A DNA stretch of 64,000 nt from Ruditapes philippinarum (taxonomy: Eukaryota): contig NW_026856302.1 in the NCBI RefSeq assembly GCF_026571515.1, forward strand, positions 1 to 64,000. Direction: 5' to 3'. Below, one piece after another: positions 25,501-37,700 of the stretch. Below the pieces are notes generated by a model. It made no database searches and was not told the DNA's origin. It saw only the letters and a list, made by a program, of their open reading frames with translations. The number at the start of each line of letters is the position of its first letter. The first letter of the stretch is position 1. Both the position numbers and the translations under genes were made by a program.

Positions 25501-26676
25501 GGACACATTTCTTGGGTTAGGGTTTTAAGACTTATATTGTGCACAGGAGACGCTCCACATTTGTACAAATTCGAATCCAAAATGGAATCCGACAAATGAT
25601 GTTTGAACGGTTTGCTCAGGTAAACAGTGTTTTTACACATTTTATATACAGAAAGAACAACTCTCCTGAACAGAAAACGACCATGCCACAAGGAAATCCC
25701 TTGGACATATTTCTTGTGTTAGGGCTTTGAGACTCATATCACACTGAAGACCCGCCAAACTTGTATAAAATTGAATCCAAAATGAAATCCGACAAATGGT
25801 GTTTGAAGTGTTGGCTCAAGAAAATGAAGTGGTTTTTTTTACACATTTTATATACAAAAAGAACAAATCTCCTGAACAAAAAAAACAAAAAACAAAAACG
25901 ATCATGCCACGCGGAAATCTCTAGGACATATTTCTTGGGTTAGGGTTTTAAGACTTTCATTGTGCACAGGAGACCCTCCAAACTTGTTCAAAATTGAATC
26001 CAAAATGAAATCAGACAAATGTTGTTTGAACGGTTAGCTCAGGAAATAGTGTTTTTTACACATTTTATATACAGAAAGAACAACTCTCCTGAATAAAAAA
26101 CAACCCTGCCACGCGGAAATCTCTTGGACACATTTCTTGGTTTAGGGCTTTGAGACTTATATTGTTCACAGGAGACATTTCACATTTGTACAAATTCGAA
26201 TCCAAAATGAAATCCGACAAATGTTTTTTACACATTTTATATACAGAAAGAACAACCCTCCTGAATAAAAAACGACCATGTCACGCGGAAATCTCTTGGA
26301 AATATTTATTGTGTTAGGGCTTTGAGACTTATATTATGTACAAGAGACCCTCCATAATTGTACAAAATCGAATCCAAATTGAAATCAGACAAATGGTGTT
26401 TGAAGTGTTGACTCAAGACAAGTGTTTTTTTTACACATTTATATACAGAAAGAACATCTCTCCTGAACAAAAACGACCATGCCACGCGGAAATCATTAGG
26501 ACACATTTCTTTGGTTATGGTTTTAAGACTTATATTGTGCACAGGAGACCCTCCAAACTTGTACAAAATTGAATCCAAAATGAAATCCGACAAATGTTTT
26601 TTGAACGGTTAGCTCAGGAAATAGTGTTTTTTTTACACATTTTATATACAGAAAGAAAAAAAAACAACCATGCCAT
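22600..26676 (+). repeat. Satellite array with ~204-bp monomer, about 19 copies in two sub-arrays (about 22600-23625 and 23850-26676)
   Basis: Recurring ttttatatacagaaagaacaaatctcctgaacaaaaaacgaccatgccacgcggaaatctc...aatccaaaatgaaatc.gacaaatggtgtttgaacggttggctcag. Confidence 0.95.
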
Positions 26677-28481
26677 TTTCTTATTTTTACCCAAATATTC
26701 TCAGTTAGTACTGTTTGAAAACTCCCCTATTTTTATGTTGTTTGGTGAAAAGGACAACATTTAAATGGTCTAGCTCATGCACCAGTGTCAGCATAAATTT
26801 ATCTCAATGAAAGAAAACGTTTGCTCTATAGCTTTTAATGAACAATGGTTATAACTTTCACTTGTCATGTACGTTTTACGTGTTTTTAATATTTTCTGAA
26901 TATACATTTTTTTATCAGTCTTCAAGGTATTTAACATTCATTATGTAATAATTGAATCACTGCATACACATGTGTTTACTGTTATTTTATATTTTTCAAA
27001 ACTATTATGTTTATTACACCTTATCATCATAGCATTGCTCCACATTGTACAATGTTAATATAAAAACAAATATTTTTTCATGTTTTGTGTTTGATAGTAC
27101 TTGTTCTATTATATAATATATGTACCGTAACGACAAGTAAGTAGTTATGAGTATATAAACGCGAACTATGTGTAGTTATTATTGTCTATTCTGTTATTCG
27201 ATGACGTCCGTCAAAACCTAATTGCAAATGTTAGGTTCAAAGGAGGACGGACCATCAGTTCTTTATAATATCAGACCTGTATAATGGTAACTAATGATCT
27301 GTTTATTATTTAGTCATTAGTTAGATTTGTCTAGAAAATAACATGGAAAAAAGCAAAAAGAAAACCACTGATTTAATATGGTCAAGGTAATATTTTATTG
27401 ATAAAAGATAAAAGATTATTTTTTGATTATTTTGTGCCATTATTTGTTACTGGGCTTTTCTGTAAAATAAGTTTTAAAAGTTATTACTAATGCTCATTAG
27501 AACTGCTTTAGTGTGGTATATTGAATTAACTTGAGTCAGTCAGCATTGAACTTAAACACTTAGTTTTAAGCAACAAAGATTGTACAGTTTTGTTTTGTTG
27601 AAAATACTTGTTACACCACCTGGAACATTACTACATGATCATTGAATTGAAACGGTGTTTTCTTTTCCTCAATTTCTGACATATGTATTTGAAGCAAGAA
27701 TTCAACATTGTTTCTTTATTCCATGTTTGTTTCTTGATAAGTCTTAGTCAAAACCAAAGTCTAGATTTAAGAAATGAAGCTTTTGCTATTTAAGAATATG
27801 TTCATCAAGAAATTTCTTTTCCATTAGCCATTTCTCAGGAGAGTTTATGTTTTAAAAGCCAGATATACTCAACATTTTATCGTATCATACATTATAGTAC
27901 ATAAATATATACATTATTTACCATGGCATCTCAGAGGTTTGTTTACATTACATATTGATATTATTTGATTGTTTTGATTGATTCTATATGTATATATGAT
28001 TTTAATCTGTAATGTTTTGCTGAATATTCTTTGATATGTATATAAACAGCTTTCATTATGAATTTATGATATTACTTCGTGCATTTCTTTACAAATTAAA
28101 AAAATATAATCAGTTGAACTTGAAATAAGACATGGTATAATGATGATGGCATAAAACTTACCCCCCCCCCAAAAATGCATTCTAGTTATGTATATATTCT
28201 TATGCAAATATTAAACAACTTAATGGTTATTAATTAAAAATATAAAAGCTTTCAATGGTGTCTCTTGCCTCCAATGAAAAGTGCCATGTAACTTGAACAA
28301 TGCTGTATATCACTATGACACAAAGTACAAGGGAAAAAGTAAAACAAGTGACAGGTATATTCATAATATGGATTATGAGGATGCTCAGCTCTGTTGATTC
28401 GTTTACAAGTATGCATTATAACATAAATTCTACAGTGACCGTTAGGTGATTACCTTTTGAAAGGTTAAAATGATACAAAAT

Positions 28482-29653
28482 ATTATTTTATGCTTTTCAG
28501 TGGATTACTGATTTATCCGTGAAAATTATATTTGGTAATTTCACAGTGAAAATTATCAAAATATAATTTCACTCTTTTCAATGACGAAACTACTTTTTTA
28601 AGATTTTCCCCAAATGGTACCTCAATTTTATTTTTGCTGACAATTCTGACAATGTCAGGCTGTTTAAAGAAAAAGCAAAACTGAAATTGATAAATAACTT
28701 AAATGTCAAAAGTAATAAAAAGAAGAAAACTTACTTCTATTCATTCAAAATTCATGAAATTCCAATCACCAAATTTCGTTTTTTTTGTTTCATTTTGACA
28801 GTCTCAAAAAATACATTCCTTCCCCATGCAAAACTGTTTCTTGATGACATTTGGGCATATTAAAGTATCCTACGAGCAATAACTGCCGTATGGTTTATGA
28901 AAAAATTGAAAGCATTGACAGCCATAACTCGAAGAATAAGTTAAATCAACCCAGCGTTCTTGAGCAGGTTTCCAAGTTTTCCATTTTCCTAGCTTCTTTT
29001 CTGAATGTTTTCACATCTGTCAACACTTATTTTTGTCTGTTACAATCCTCAAATAAGTTTTCTTTCTTTTTAAAAATGTTGTATGACTAACAAATCCAAA
29101 TTATATCCCTCTGAATCTTACACAATTATTTTCCTCCCATGAAATACACAACTTTAAAAAATGGCTGCCGCTTACAATTTACACAAGCCAGGTCTAATAT
29201 AAATTCGCACTAAGTAACAGAAATATGGATGGATGGTTGGACTTTTTCTCCTACAAGAATTGTTTGTTTTTATTATCAAAACAAGCGATCATTCATATTT
29301 TTTTAATAAAATTAATAAATATCACCGTCATTTAATGTTGATTGGCGGACTTATTTTTCAGCTCAAGACTTCTTTTTTTTAATGAGAAATTCCGAATAAA
29401 TGGGGCTCTCAATGGGGGAAACAGTTTTAATATTAACGTTAAAATTATGGAAATTTCGTTTTAACTTGTTTTTAAGCATAAAATAAAAAGAAAATTTGTC
29501 TGTTTGTTGTGTAAGATGTAATTTTATTTCATCTCGTGAACTTTAAAAACAGTATTCTCACTCGTGGCTTTGCCACTCGTGAAAATACTGTTTTTAAAGC
29601 CCACTCGATGAAATAAAATTTCATCTTACACACAAACAAACAAATATCCTCTA
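28482..29653 (+). mobile_element. ~1.17-kb non-coding insertion with a ~150-bp subterminal hairpin (Crypton-like, non-autonomous)
   Basis: Absent from the paralogous site at about 11898. An inverted copy lies at 56442-57413. The hairpin spans about 29495-29644, centred on cactcgtggctttgccactcgtg. No target duplication is evident. Confidence 0.8.
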
Positions 29654-30321
29654 TGTAATAGAATTTCTTTAAGATGCTTAAAAACACTCCAACAAATTTA
29701 AGTAGTTGCTTTTTGGATATGAAATAATGATACCTTAAACTTGTTGAAATAATTCTTAAGACTATGCTTAGTTTTACTTACTGTACTACATATACGTTTT
29801 ATCCTATGCCACAGGTGATAACTATTTTTATTCTCTTAACATGTTATAATGGGTATGCAAAAACATGTCTTAACATAAATAAAGTTATCTTATCTTGAAT
29901 GCATGTTGATATATATACGGGAAGTATCTTATTCAATTTACTGAACTGTATATATTGATTGACTATTAATATATCTATTTATTTGTTATGGCCATATTAA
30001 TAATAAATTGTTAAACTGTATAGCTTGTTTTGTTAGCTCATTTCAGCACAAAGAAAGTGCTCCTATGTTAGCTTTTGTGCTTGTTCGTCGCCTAGTGTTA
30101 TCCACAACATCTCCTAAACCACTTGATGGATTTTGACCAAACTTCACAGGAATGATCCTTATGTAGTACTCTACAACATTATATAAATGGTTCCGGTCTG
30201 ATGCATGAGTAGGTCTCTTTAAAATCTTCTCAGAAACCACAATGCTCAAGGGCTTCGATATTTGGCATGTAGTATCACCTTGTGGTCCTCAATAAAAATT
30301 ATATGAATCATTCCAGTTCAA

Positions 30322-30580
30322 GGAGCGTCCGTGACAGAGTGTTTAAGATCATTGACTTCGAGACACTTGCCCCTCACTGCTGCAGGTTCAAATCCGAGCC
30401 GGCACTTTAGACACTTCCATATAAGGAAGCTATTCAGCTAGTTTACGAAACGTCGGTGGTTCTACTCATGTGCTGGCTTCTGCCTGAAATAATGCACGGG
30501 GAAGAACCGGAGGTATTCCTCCAGCAGTAAAGCTGGAAAGTCGCAACATGATCTCCATTATGCTAGTTTGACGTAAAAAT
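30322..30580 (+). mobile_element. tRNA-derived SINE (duplicate of 12580-12850)
   Basis: Same A-box, B-box and body, at the paralogous position. Confidence 0.75.
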
Positions 30581-31043
30581 TGCATGGGCATGATTCCTTC
30601 CTAGTTATGAACCGACTTAAAATAGCTGAGATGCACCAACGCCTTACTGATAGATCTTGTACTCCTATCTTTTTTAGTGACACACGATCATGTTATATTT
30701 AATTTTGTAATACACATTTTAATAAGGTTTTAAAATTAACAAGTTTGAAAATACCTTTTTTCCCATTTGTTATATATATTTTTATGTGTTGATTAAGGAA
30801 CCCAATATAACAAAATACTATATCTAGAGTTTGTATTTCTGAATATTATATAGATGTATAACAAGTTAATTGTTTCCGCCCTTAATATTTTTTTTATAGT
30901 TTTACAACAAGACTTCTTATCATGATAATGTTGACACGGTATGTAAAATCTGACAAGATAGCAGGGTCTATTAAGATGAGGTATTATCAGTAATATAGCT
31001 CAGTTTTTCTTTCATTTCTAAAGTGTGTGTAAGACCTCTCGAA

Positions 31044-33007
31044 ATGATGATTTATTGCATATCGTTTGTATGCTTTATTTCACTCACTGCTTTTGGAGAA
31101 AAATTACACGAACAACAAAATCTGCAGTCAATTTGGAAAGAGTTGGAAAAATTGAAAGAGATTGATTTTCTGAAAGAACGTACACTGGCATTGGAAAATG
31201 AGGTTAAGGGATTAAAACTTCAAAATTACAACCTTAACCAAAAGGTTGAAACACTGGAAAGACGATGTGCGGAACACTCTGTAGTGGTAATAATACTGGC
31301 TTATCAAAATGTTTACATTAATTCTCCTAATTTAACTCTATCTGAAACACTTATATATATTTTTGCATTAAGTACTATTTTACTAGTTTGAACTATACTT
31401 ATACACAGACACATGCCGAAAGATTACGATTTTAACGCGGATTTATAGTGAATAATGCGGCATATATTGACCTCTTGTCATTTCAAAGGGCAAATCCTTA
31501 GTTGGATCAAAGCTTTTAATCAAAGATGACTACCGTTCACGTAGGCCGAAAACTTCGGTTACCAAGGCAAATATTATAAAGATTATAGTAGAGCAGGAGT
31601 AAAAGAGATGTACTGGCATATCAGACGGCAGTATATAATATGGCCGTGTTCTGTCGTCGGTAAGTTTATGACTGAGTTTTACTTTATGCATATGTGGGCT
31701 GCCGTCGCACTAGGTGTTCCCAGCAAAACATAAAAACTTAAAGTAAAATTCAGTCATTAACTTACCAACAAAAGCAAACGGGAAGCTTTTATCCACCGCT
31801 TCTGTGACGAATTCTCCACCGCCGCTGCGGTAAATCCACTACTTCTGCGAAAGCTATATCTGCATGCAAGAATATTTGTTTACCGGTATCCACACTGATT
31901 TTTGTTTCATATAAACAAAATGTCAAGAACAGTAGCCTATGTGTTGTCATTAAATTATTAAATTATGAATATAGCGTTTCCTCCATATTCTATTTAATGA
32001 AAATCTTTTAATTAAATAGTGTTTGCAATCGTATTTAAATTTGACAGAATAAATTTTCAGGATGTCGAAAGGACAGGAAAAACTGACACGACGGCCAACA
32101 CGGCAAACAATCACAGCTATTCTTTCAACCAGACATTTGAATCAAGGAAACGAACTTCTAAACTAAATCGCCAGAAAAGTATACTACCAAGTAAATATTT
32201 AATCCCCATGTCTTATTCGGCTACAGTACATGCATGGCAAGAACGCAGTAGATCACTACATTTGCAACCGACAGTAGTGTAAAGTGAAGGGACTCCAGAC
32301 TAAATAATGGTTCCGGATGTTTCTTTCGCCTTGGGCGTTATCTGTGACTGGGCGCGCGTTATCTAACCATTCCCTTTACCCGACTGAAGAAAGAGCGTGA
32401 AATATTATGTATTTGACAACATAAATTATATAATATATTTCAATATACTCGTATATGTGACGCTTCAGTTGCTGATTATGGTATGGTAAATCTCTTTCTC
32501 TATAAATTATTGGTCTGTTTGTTTACACGTTCAGATTGTCCCCCAACCCTGTAATTGAATCGCTTTCTATTTTCAGGACAGGTCTCAATCCAAACACATA
32601 TAGCGTTTACAGCAGGCGTATCGGTTGGAAATCTTCATAATTTAGGTATTCATCAAGCTATTATATTTGATCGTGTCATCACAAACATTGGCAATGCTTA
32701 CCATCCACATACTGGGACTTTTATTGTCCCGGTTAAAGGCGTTTTATGATTTAACGTTAAACCATGGACTTTGTTGAAAACCTACCAAATTCAATGTGCT
32801 TTGAGTTGTTTGTGACGGCGGTTCCCACATACTATTAGGTGTGGCCTAGCGAGACTTGGCGGACTACGCTTTACAACAGAACAATGGATCCTAGAGTTGG
32901 GCAACTGGTCCCCGGTGTGGGTAGGAAGGAGGTAGTTCTGCCTGACCTCTGACCTCAACGGAATATTGAATATATTATTCGGCGTAATTCTCTTGTTCCA
33001 GACGTAA
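31044..33007 (+). CDS. C1qDC gene 3 (paralog of gene 1); frame broken in 32741-33000, either a pseudogene or a sequencing error
   Basis: Exons 31044-31286 and 32061-32190 are intact. Exon 3 (32577-33007) is clean up to about 32740 and then has dense 1-2 nt indels. Confidence 0.7.
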
Positions 33008-36000
33008 CAATTTTTGGAAAGGAAAGTTATTTAACTGTGATGTTTGTGTGTGAAAAATATAAGCAAAAATAACATATTTTCTGATGCCGATCTGTTGTTT
33101 GTTTACTTTTAGAGATATTATAAGACGATCCGGCTATATGTTTATATAGTAAACTGTGTATGTATTAGCTAATTTGTATGATACCTCCGCTTAAATCTAA
33201 AAATAGAATACTTCATTCATGTATAATTATGTATAATTATGATCTTTTTATCAAACTTCAAAATTTTGATGTTATAGTAAACATGTCTTAAAAGTCTTTT
33301 CTTCTAAAACCTACAAAGTACAAGCAGATGTTTGGCATCACGGATATAAATCCGTGTTGGCATGTAGCATCACTATATTGCCTTTATAATGGTAGAATTG
33401 TCACTTTTGTACAAATCATGTACTTATTAGTGTATGGAGGGTAATTAAAAAGCAATTAATTGTAACCGAAAAATATAATTTTTTGATTATTTTTTATCAT
33501 TCAAAAACAAACATGTACAATGTATATACAAAAAAAACCCAACAAATTTACCTAAGAATACTAAATGATTGAAATGTTAGTGATTGTATTATCTGATTGA
33601 CTGAATGATCATAAAATAATGTACCTTTTTTCAAAATTTCTATTACCGATTCTTCGGTGTACTGTCCACATTGTAATATTTCTTTTGGCACTAACTGAGA
33701 ATCTACTAGTTATCTGATATCTTCTGAATTATTGTTAAAGTTGCATATATGATATAAGGTTATATTTTGACGTCTTTAATGAGTTGTAACGTTATTATAA
33801 TGTTTAATATACCATTAACCATTATGAGCTTTATATTAAGTCTGGTGCAATAAGTTATATTTCTAAGTGAAAAAGTCTATCATTTATACGTTTTTGACAC
33901 TCCGGACAACTTAAGTATTATATACCATGATCCTGTTGAGATAGAAATCTCGAAATTTGTCGATCTGCCTAGCCTTTATCTGCTGTATAAAAATTTATTC
34001 TATTATTCAATCTTTAGTTCTCAATGATGTGTTTAAATATGTAAACATTTGTGATGATTTGACACATGCGTGTGCAAAACATCTGGTGAATGTTTTGCGT
34101 GTAACTTTATGATAAGATAACCACTGAAGTTATTCAATTTGATCTTCACTTATACCATTGCGATTCTTACATACCGTATATTCTCGACTCTTTTGTTAAA
34201 CTTGAAATTTCTTGTGAAAGTTTTACATGCAAGTTATTTCTTTTCAACGAATTCACTTTTAATGAAGTAATGCATATAAAATGATTATACTCTATTATTC
34301 TGTTTTCTCTGCCATATATATAAATTTTCTCAAAAATGTTAGATACCTTAAAGAGATAATTAAATTTTGGATGATTAGAGGTTCAATTATTTCAAAACCA
34401 ATGTTTTGTCCACTCGAAATAAAGCAGGGTCAAATGCAAATTCTAAAAAATCGCATGGTGAGTTATTTGAGTCTTTGTTTATGAAATTAAAAAAAATACT
34501 ATTAAATTATTTAATAATTTATTTCATATACTATAAGTAATGTATATGGGATATAACAGTCTTCTCATAAAAGTTACTGGAAGTGACGATATTAAACGTC
34601 ACGAAAAAGTCCTAAAGCAATAAAAAAAAAACCAGTATATTTGAGATCTTTGGACAAACGAATTAAATGGCAGATATGTTATTCCTACTAATCCAACATT
34701 TTATCGTAACTATATAATATCAATTTTATTCTTGCTTTTCTAAATCATTTCTTCGTTTTCTATAAGTACATAATGCTCCCCATCCAATCGGACAATTCCA
34801 TATGTTTTATTTTTTCAAACAATCATCGTATAGTTTATTTAAAGGTCAAATTATTCGGTCAGTTATAGCCCGTTTCAAAAACAAAGCAAAAAACGTATTG
34901 TTGCTAATTTGTGTATGTTACGACAATCAGTCTGTCAAAAGCCGACATGATGTGTGTACACGTCTTTCAGTTATTGACTTTGAGGGATATTAAAAATGAA
35001 TGATAATTCGACATCAATGACATTTAACCTCTTACAACTGTACTAAGGTATTATTAATCCGTTATAGTTAAAGTTATAGTTTTTCTCTACACAAAATGAA
35101 TGTTTTGATGTTCTTAAAACACGTTTCCAGCCGTCACAATATTAAACTCCAGAAAAAGATAACCAATGTACACAAGTATCTGAATATGACTTTATAGATC
35201 GTTATCTCTTTCCCTGTCGTCGCATGAAAAAAATGAGCCAATCAACAGAGACAGTGAGTGCAGTAACAAATACTTACCCTCAGTTTACGCACTGTGCATG
35301 CATTGTATACGATTTAACTGTAACACGTTTTCAATGTTTATTTCTAACAAGAAGTACTACCTACCAAATACAGACCTTTAAACGGTAAAAATCTTCGTTC
35401 ATGCACCATACATGCATGTTCTTTATATTCCATATCCTTGAAAACTAACGCACCAGCTACTGAGCAACTTTATTTATATTTATAAAATGACTTCTAAAAA
35501 CTAAAATAATCGTGTGAGATTTTATTGCACTCGAAAATATGCCGATTATAAAAGTATGCCGTTCTCAATATTAAGCCACTAATCTCATTTAATCTTAATA
35601 TACACATAAAAATAACACGAACATATTAAGAAATAAAGGAAAACAATTTAAGAGTTTTAGAGTAATTACATAACATACATACAAATAAGCAGTTGGTTAT
35701 GATATAGTTTAAAGCTAATGATATAACAAACATACTACAGGGTTACGGCAAGAAGTTCATTTATTATACGGATTTTTTATCTTTCTTTAAATAAAAGAGC
35801 CATTTGACTTGAACTTTGTTTCATGCTATGTAAATACACACAAACTGGCATATAAACAAATAAGTTGTTGATAGGTTTCTGGTCTGTCGACCTCATTGAC
35901 TAGTTTATTTATTATTACGGAAGAACAATAAGAATAATACGAAACGGTCTGCGATGTTTCAATCTTTCTTTTAGGAGACCACCAATAATTTCAAGAGTTA

Positions 36001-36396
36001 CCAATAAGAAAACCTGCTTAGTTTGACCTTAATGTTTAATGCCCGGTTAAGTAATGACTTATTGTTATAGTCTGAAACGTTAAGATGAAACACAAGCCTT
36101 AGCATAAAAATATGTGAACATATGTTATACATTTGAATATCGTTTTTTTTGCGAAAATTAAAATCCAAACTGTTTAATTAAATAATGATTCAAGACTAAT
36201 AAGTTCATTATTTTCACTTTTCAAACGATTAAATGATGTTTTATAATTATTGACCTAAATCATAGACATTATAACCTCTTATCAGGTAATTATGACATAG
36301 AGGTTAAAAAATTGTCCTGATTTCAGAACGTATTTAGCTAATAAAGAAACTTTTATCACTTACAAACACTTTATTCATTTAAAAAAAAATCAGAAA

Positions 36397-37700
36397 ATGG
36401 TGATTTCGTACATCTTGCTTTTTTGTTTGATTTCACAAAATGTTTTTGGAGAAGATTTACACAATAGGCAAAATCTGCAGTCAATTTTAAAAGAGATCGA
36501 TTACTTAAAAGAACGTACACTGGCATTGGAGAAGCAGAATAAACAACTTAACGAAAAAATTGAAAAGCTGGAAAATTGTTGTGCTGAGAAAACTAAAGAG
36601 GTAATCATTTTGTATTTGGCTAGTTGACATTCAATAACATGTACATATTTTTGGTCAAACCGATCGAACTTAAATACCATTGAGATGGTGTTTACATTGT
36701 CTGATTGAATTGTATATTTTTAGGATGACGTGAGAACAGCGAATTCCGGAACGTTGGTAAATACAACGAATACTCAAAACTTTGCCTTAAAATCATCATC
36801 TGAATCAACAAAAGAATTTTCTCACCGGCAAACTCTTACCATAAGCAAAACAAGTCACTTAGGGCAGCGTACATTAGGTAATTAACTTATTGGTTGACAC
36901 ATCACTGCTATTGAATATAGACAAAGACATTGATTTTTATCATGATTTCGAGTTCTTCAGCATATGTACATACACTGGAGGATATTTTTTTACGAAAAGC
37001 GCCAAAAAGTCGTCATTTAGCATTTTATTATAACTGTTACAGTTGATTGTCAAATACTTTATACAATTCTATAACTACAAAAGGTAATGAATGTGATCTA
37101 TTAAAGTTGAAACTTATTTTATGTAAGGCTTCTTCTTGATAATAACTGTTAGTGCTAAGATATGTACAAAATTGATTTAATTTGTTCTTGAATTCTATTT
37201 TACATTTAATGGGAATAGAATAAAAAGCAGTTTGTACTTGATTTTTGCAATTTAATTGAATTTCATTTTCAGGAAGGCGGTCTCCTCAATCTCATGTAGC
37301 GTTTACAGCAGGAGTATCGTCTCAAAATCTTAATAATTTAGGTGATCATCAAACTATTATATTTGATAATGTCATCACAAATATCGGCAATGCTTACCAT
37401 CCACATACAGGGATTTTCACTGTCCCGGTCAAAGGCGCTTATGTTATAACTTTAACTATGACAGTGGAACCCGACCAAGTTCAATGGCTTGATCTTGTGG
37501 TTGACGGTTTTGTCATAAATTTCATATCTGCCGGACAAGGAAGCATTCATAACTACGCGTCTACAACTAAACAATGGATTCTTGACCTAGTAACCGGGTC
37601 AGAAGTGTGGGTGTGGAAGACTGCTGACCTAAGTGAACATCGAGATCTCCACGGACATATGAATACCATCATATCCTGTTTCCTTTTATTTCAAACATAG
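36397..37700 (+). CDS. C1qDC gene 4 (paralog of gene 2), 261 aa, intact
   Basis: Exons 36397-36600, 36724-36877 and 37273-37700, with an open frame and GT-AG introns. Confidence 0.92.

Noticed and set aside
22629-26593. Many 60-99 aa ORFs on both strands
   Set aside because: All are translations of the satellite monomer, and their frames are broken by variable homopolymer runs.
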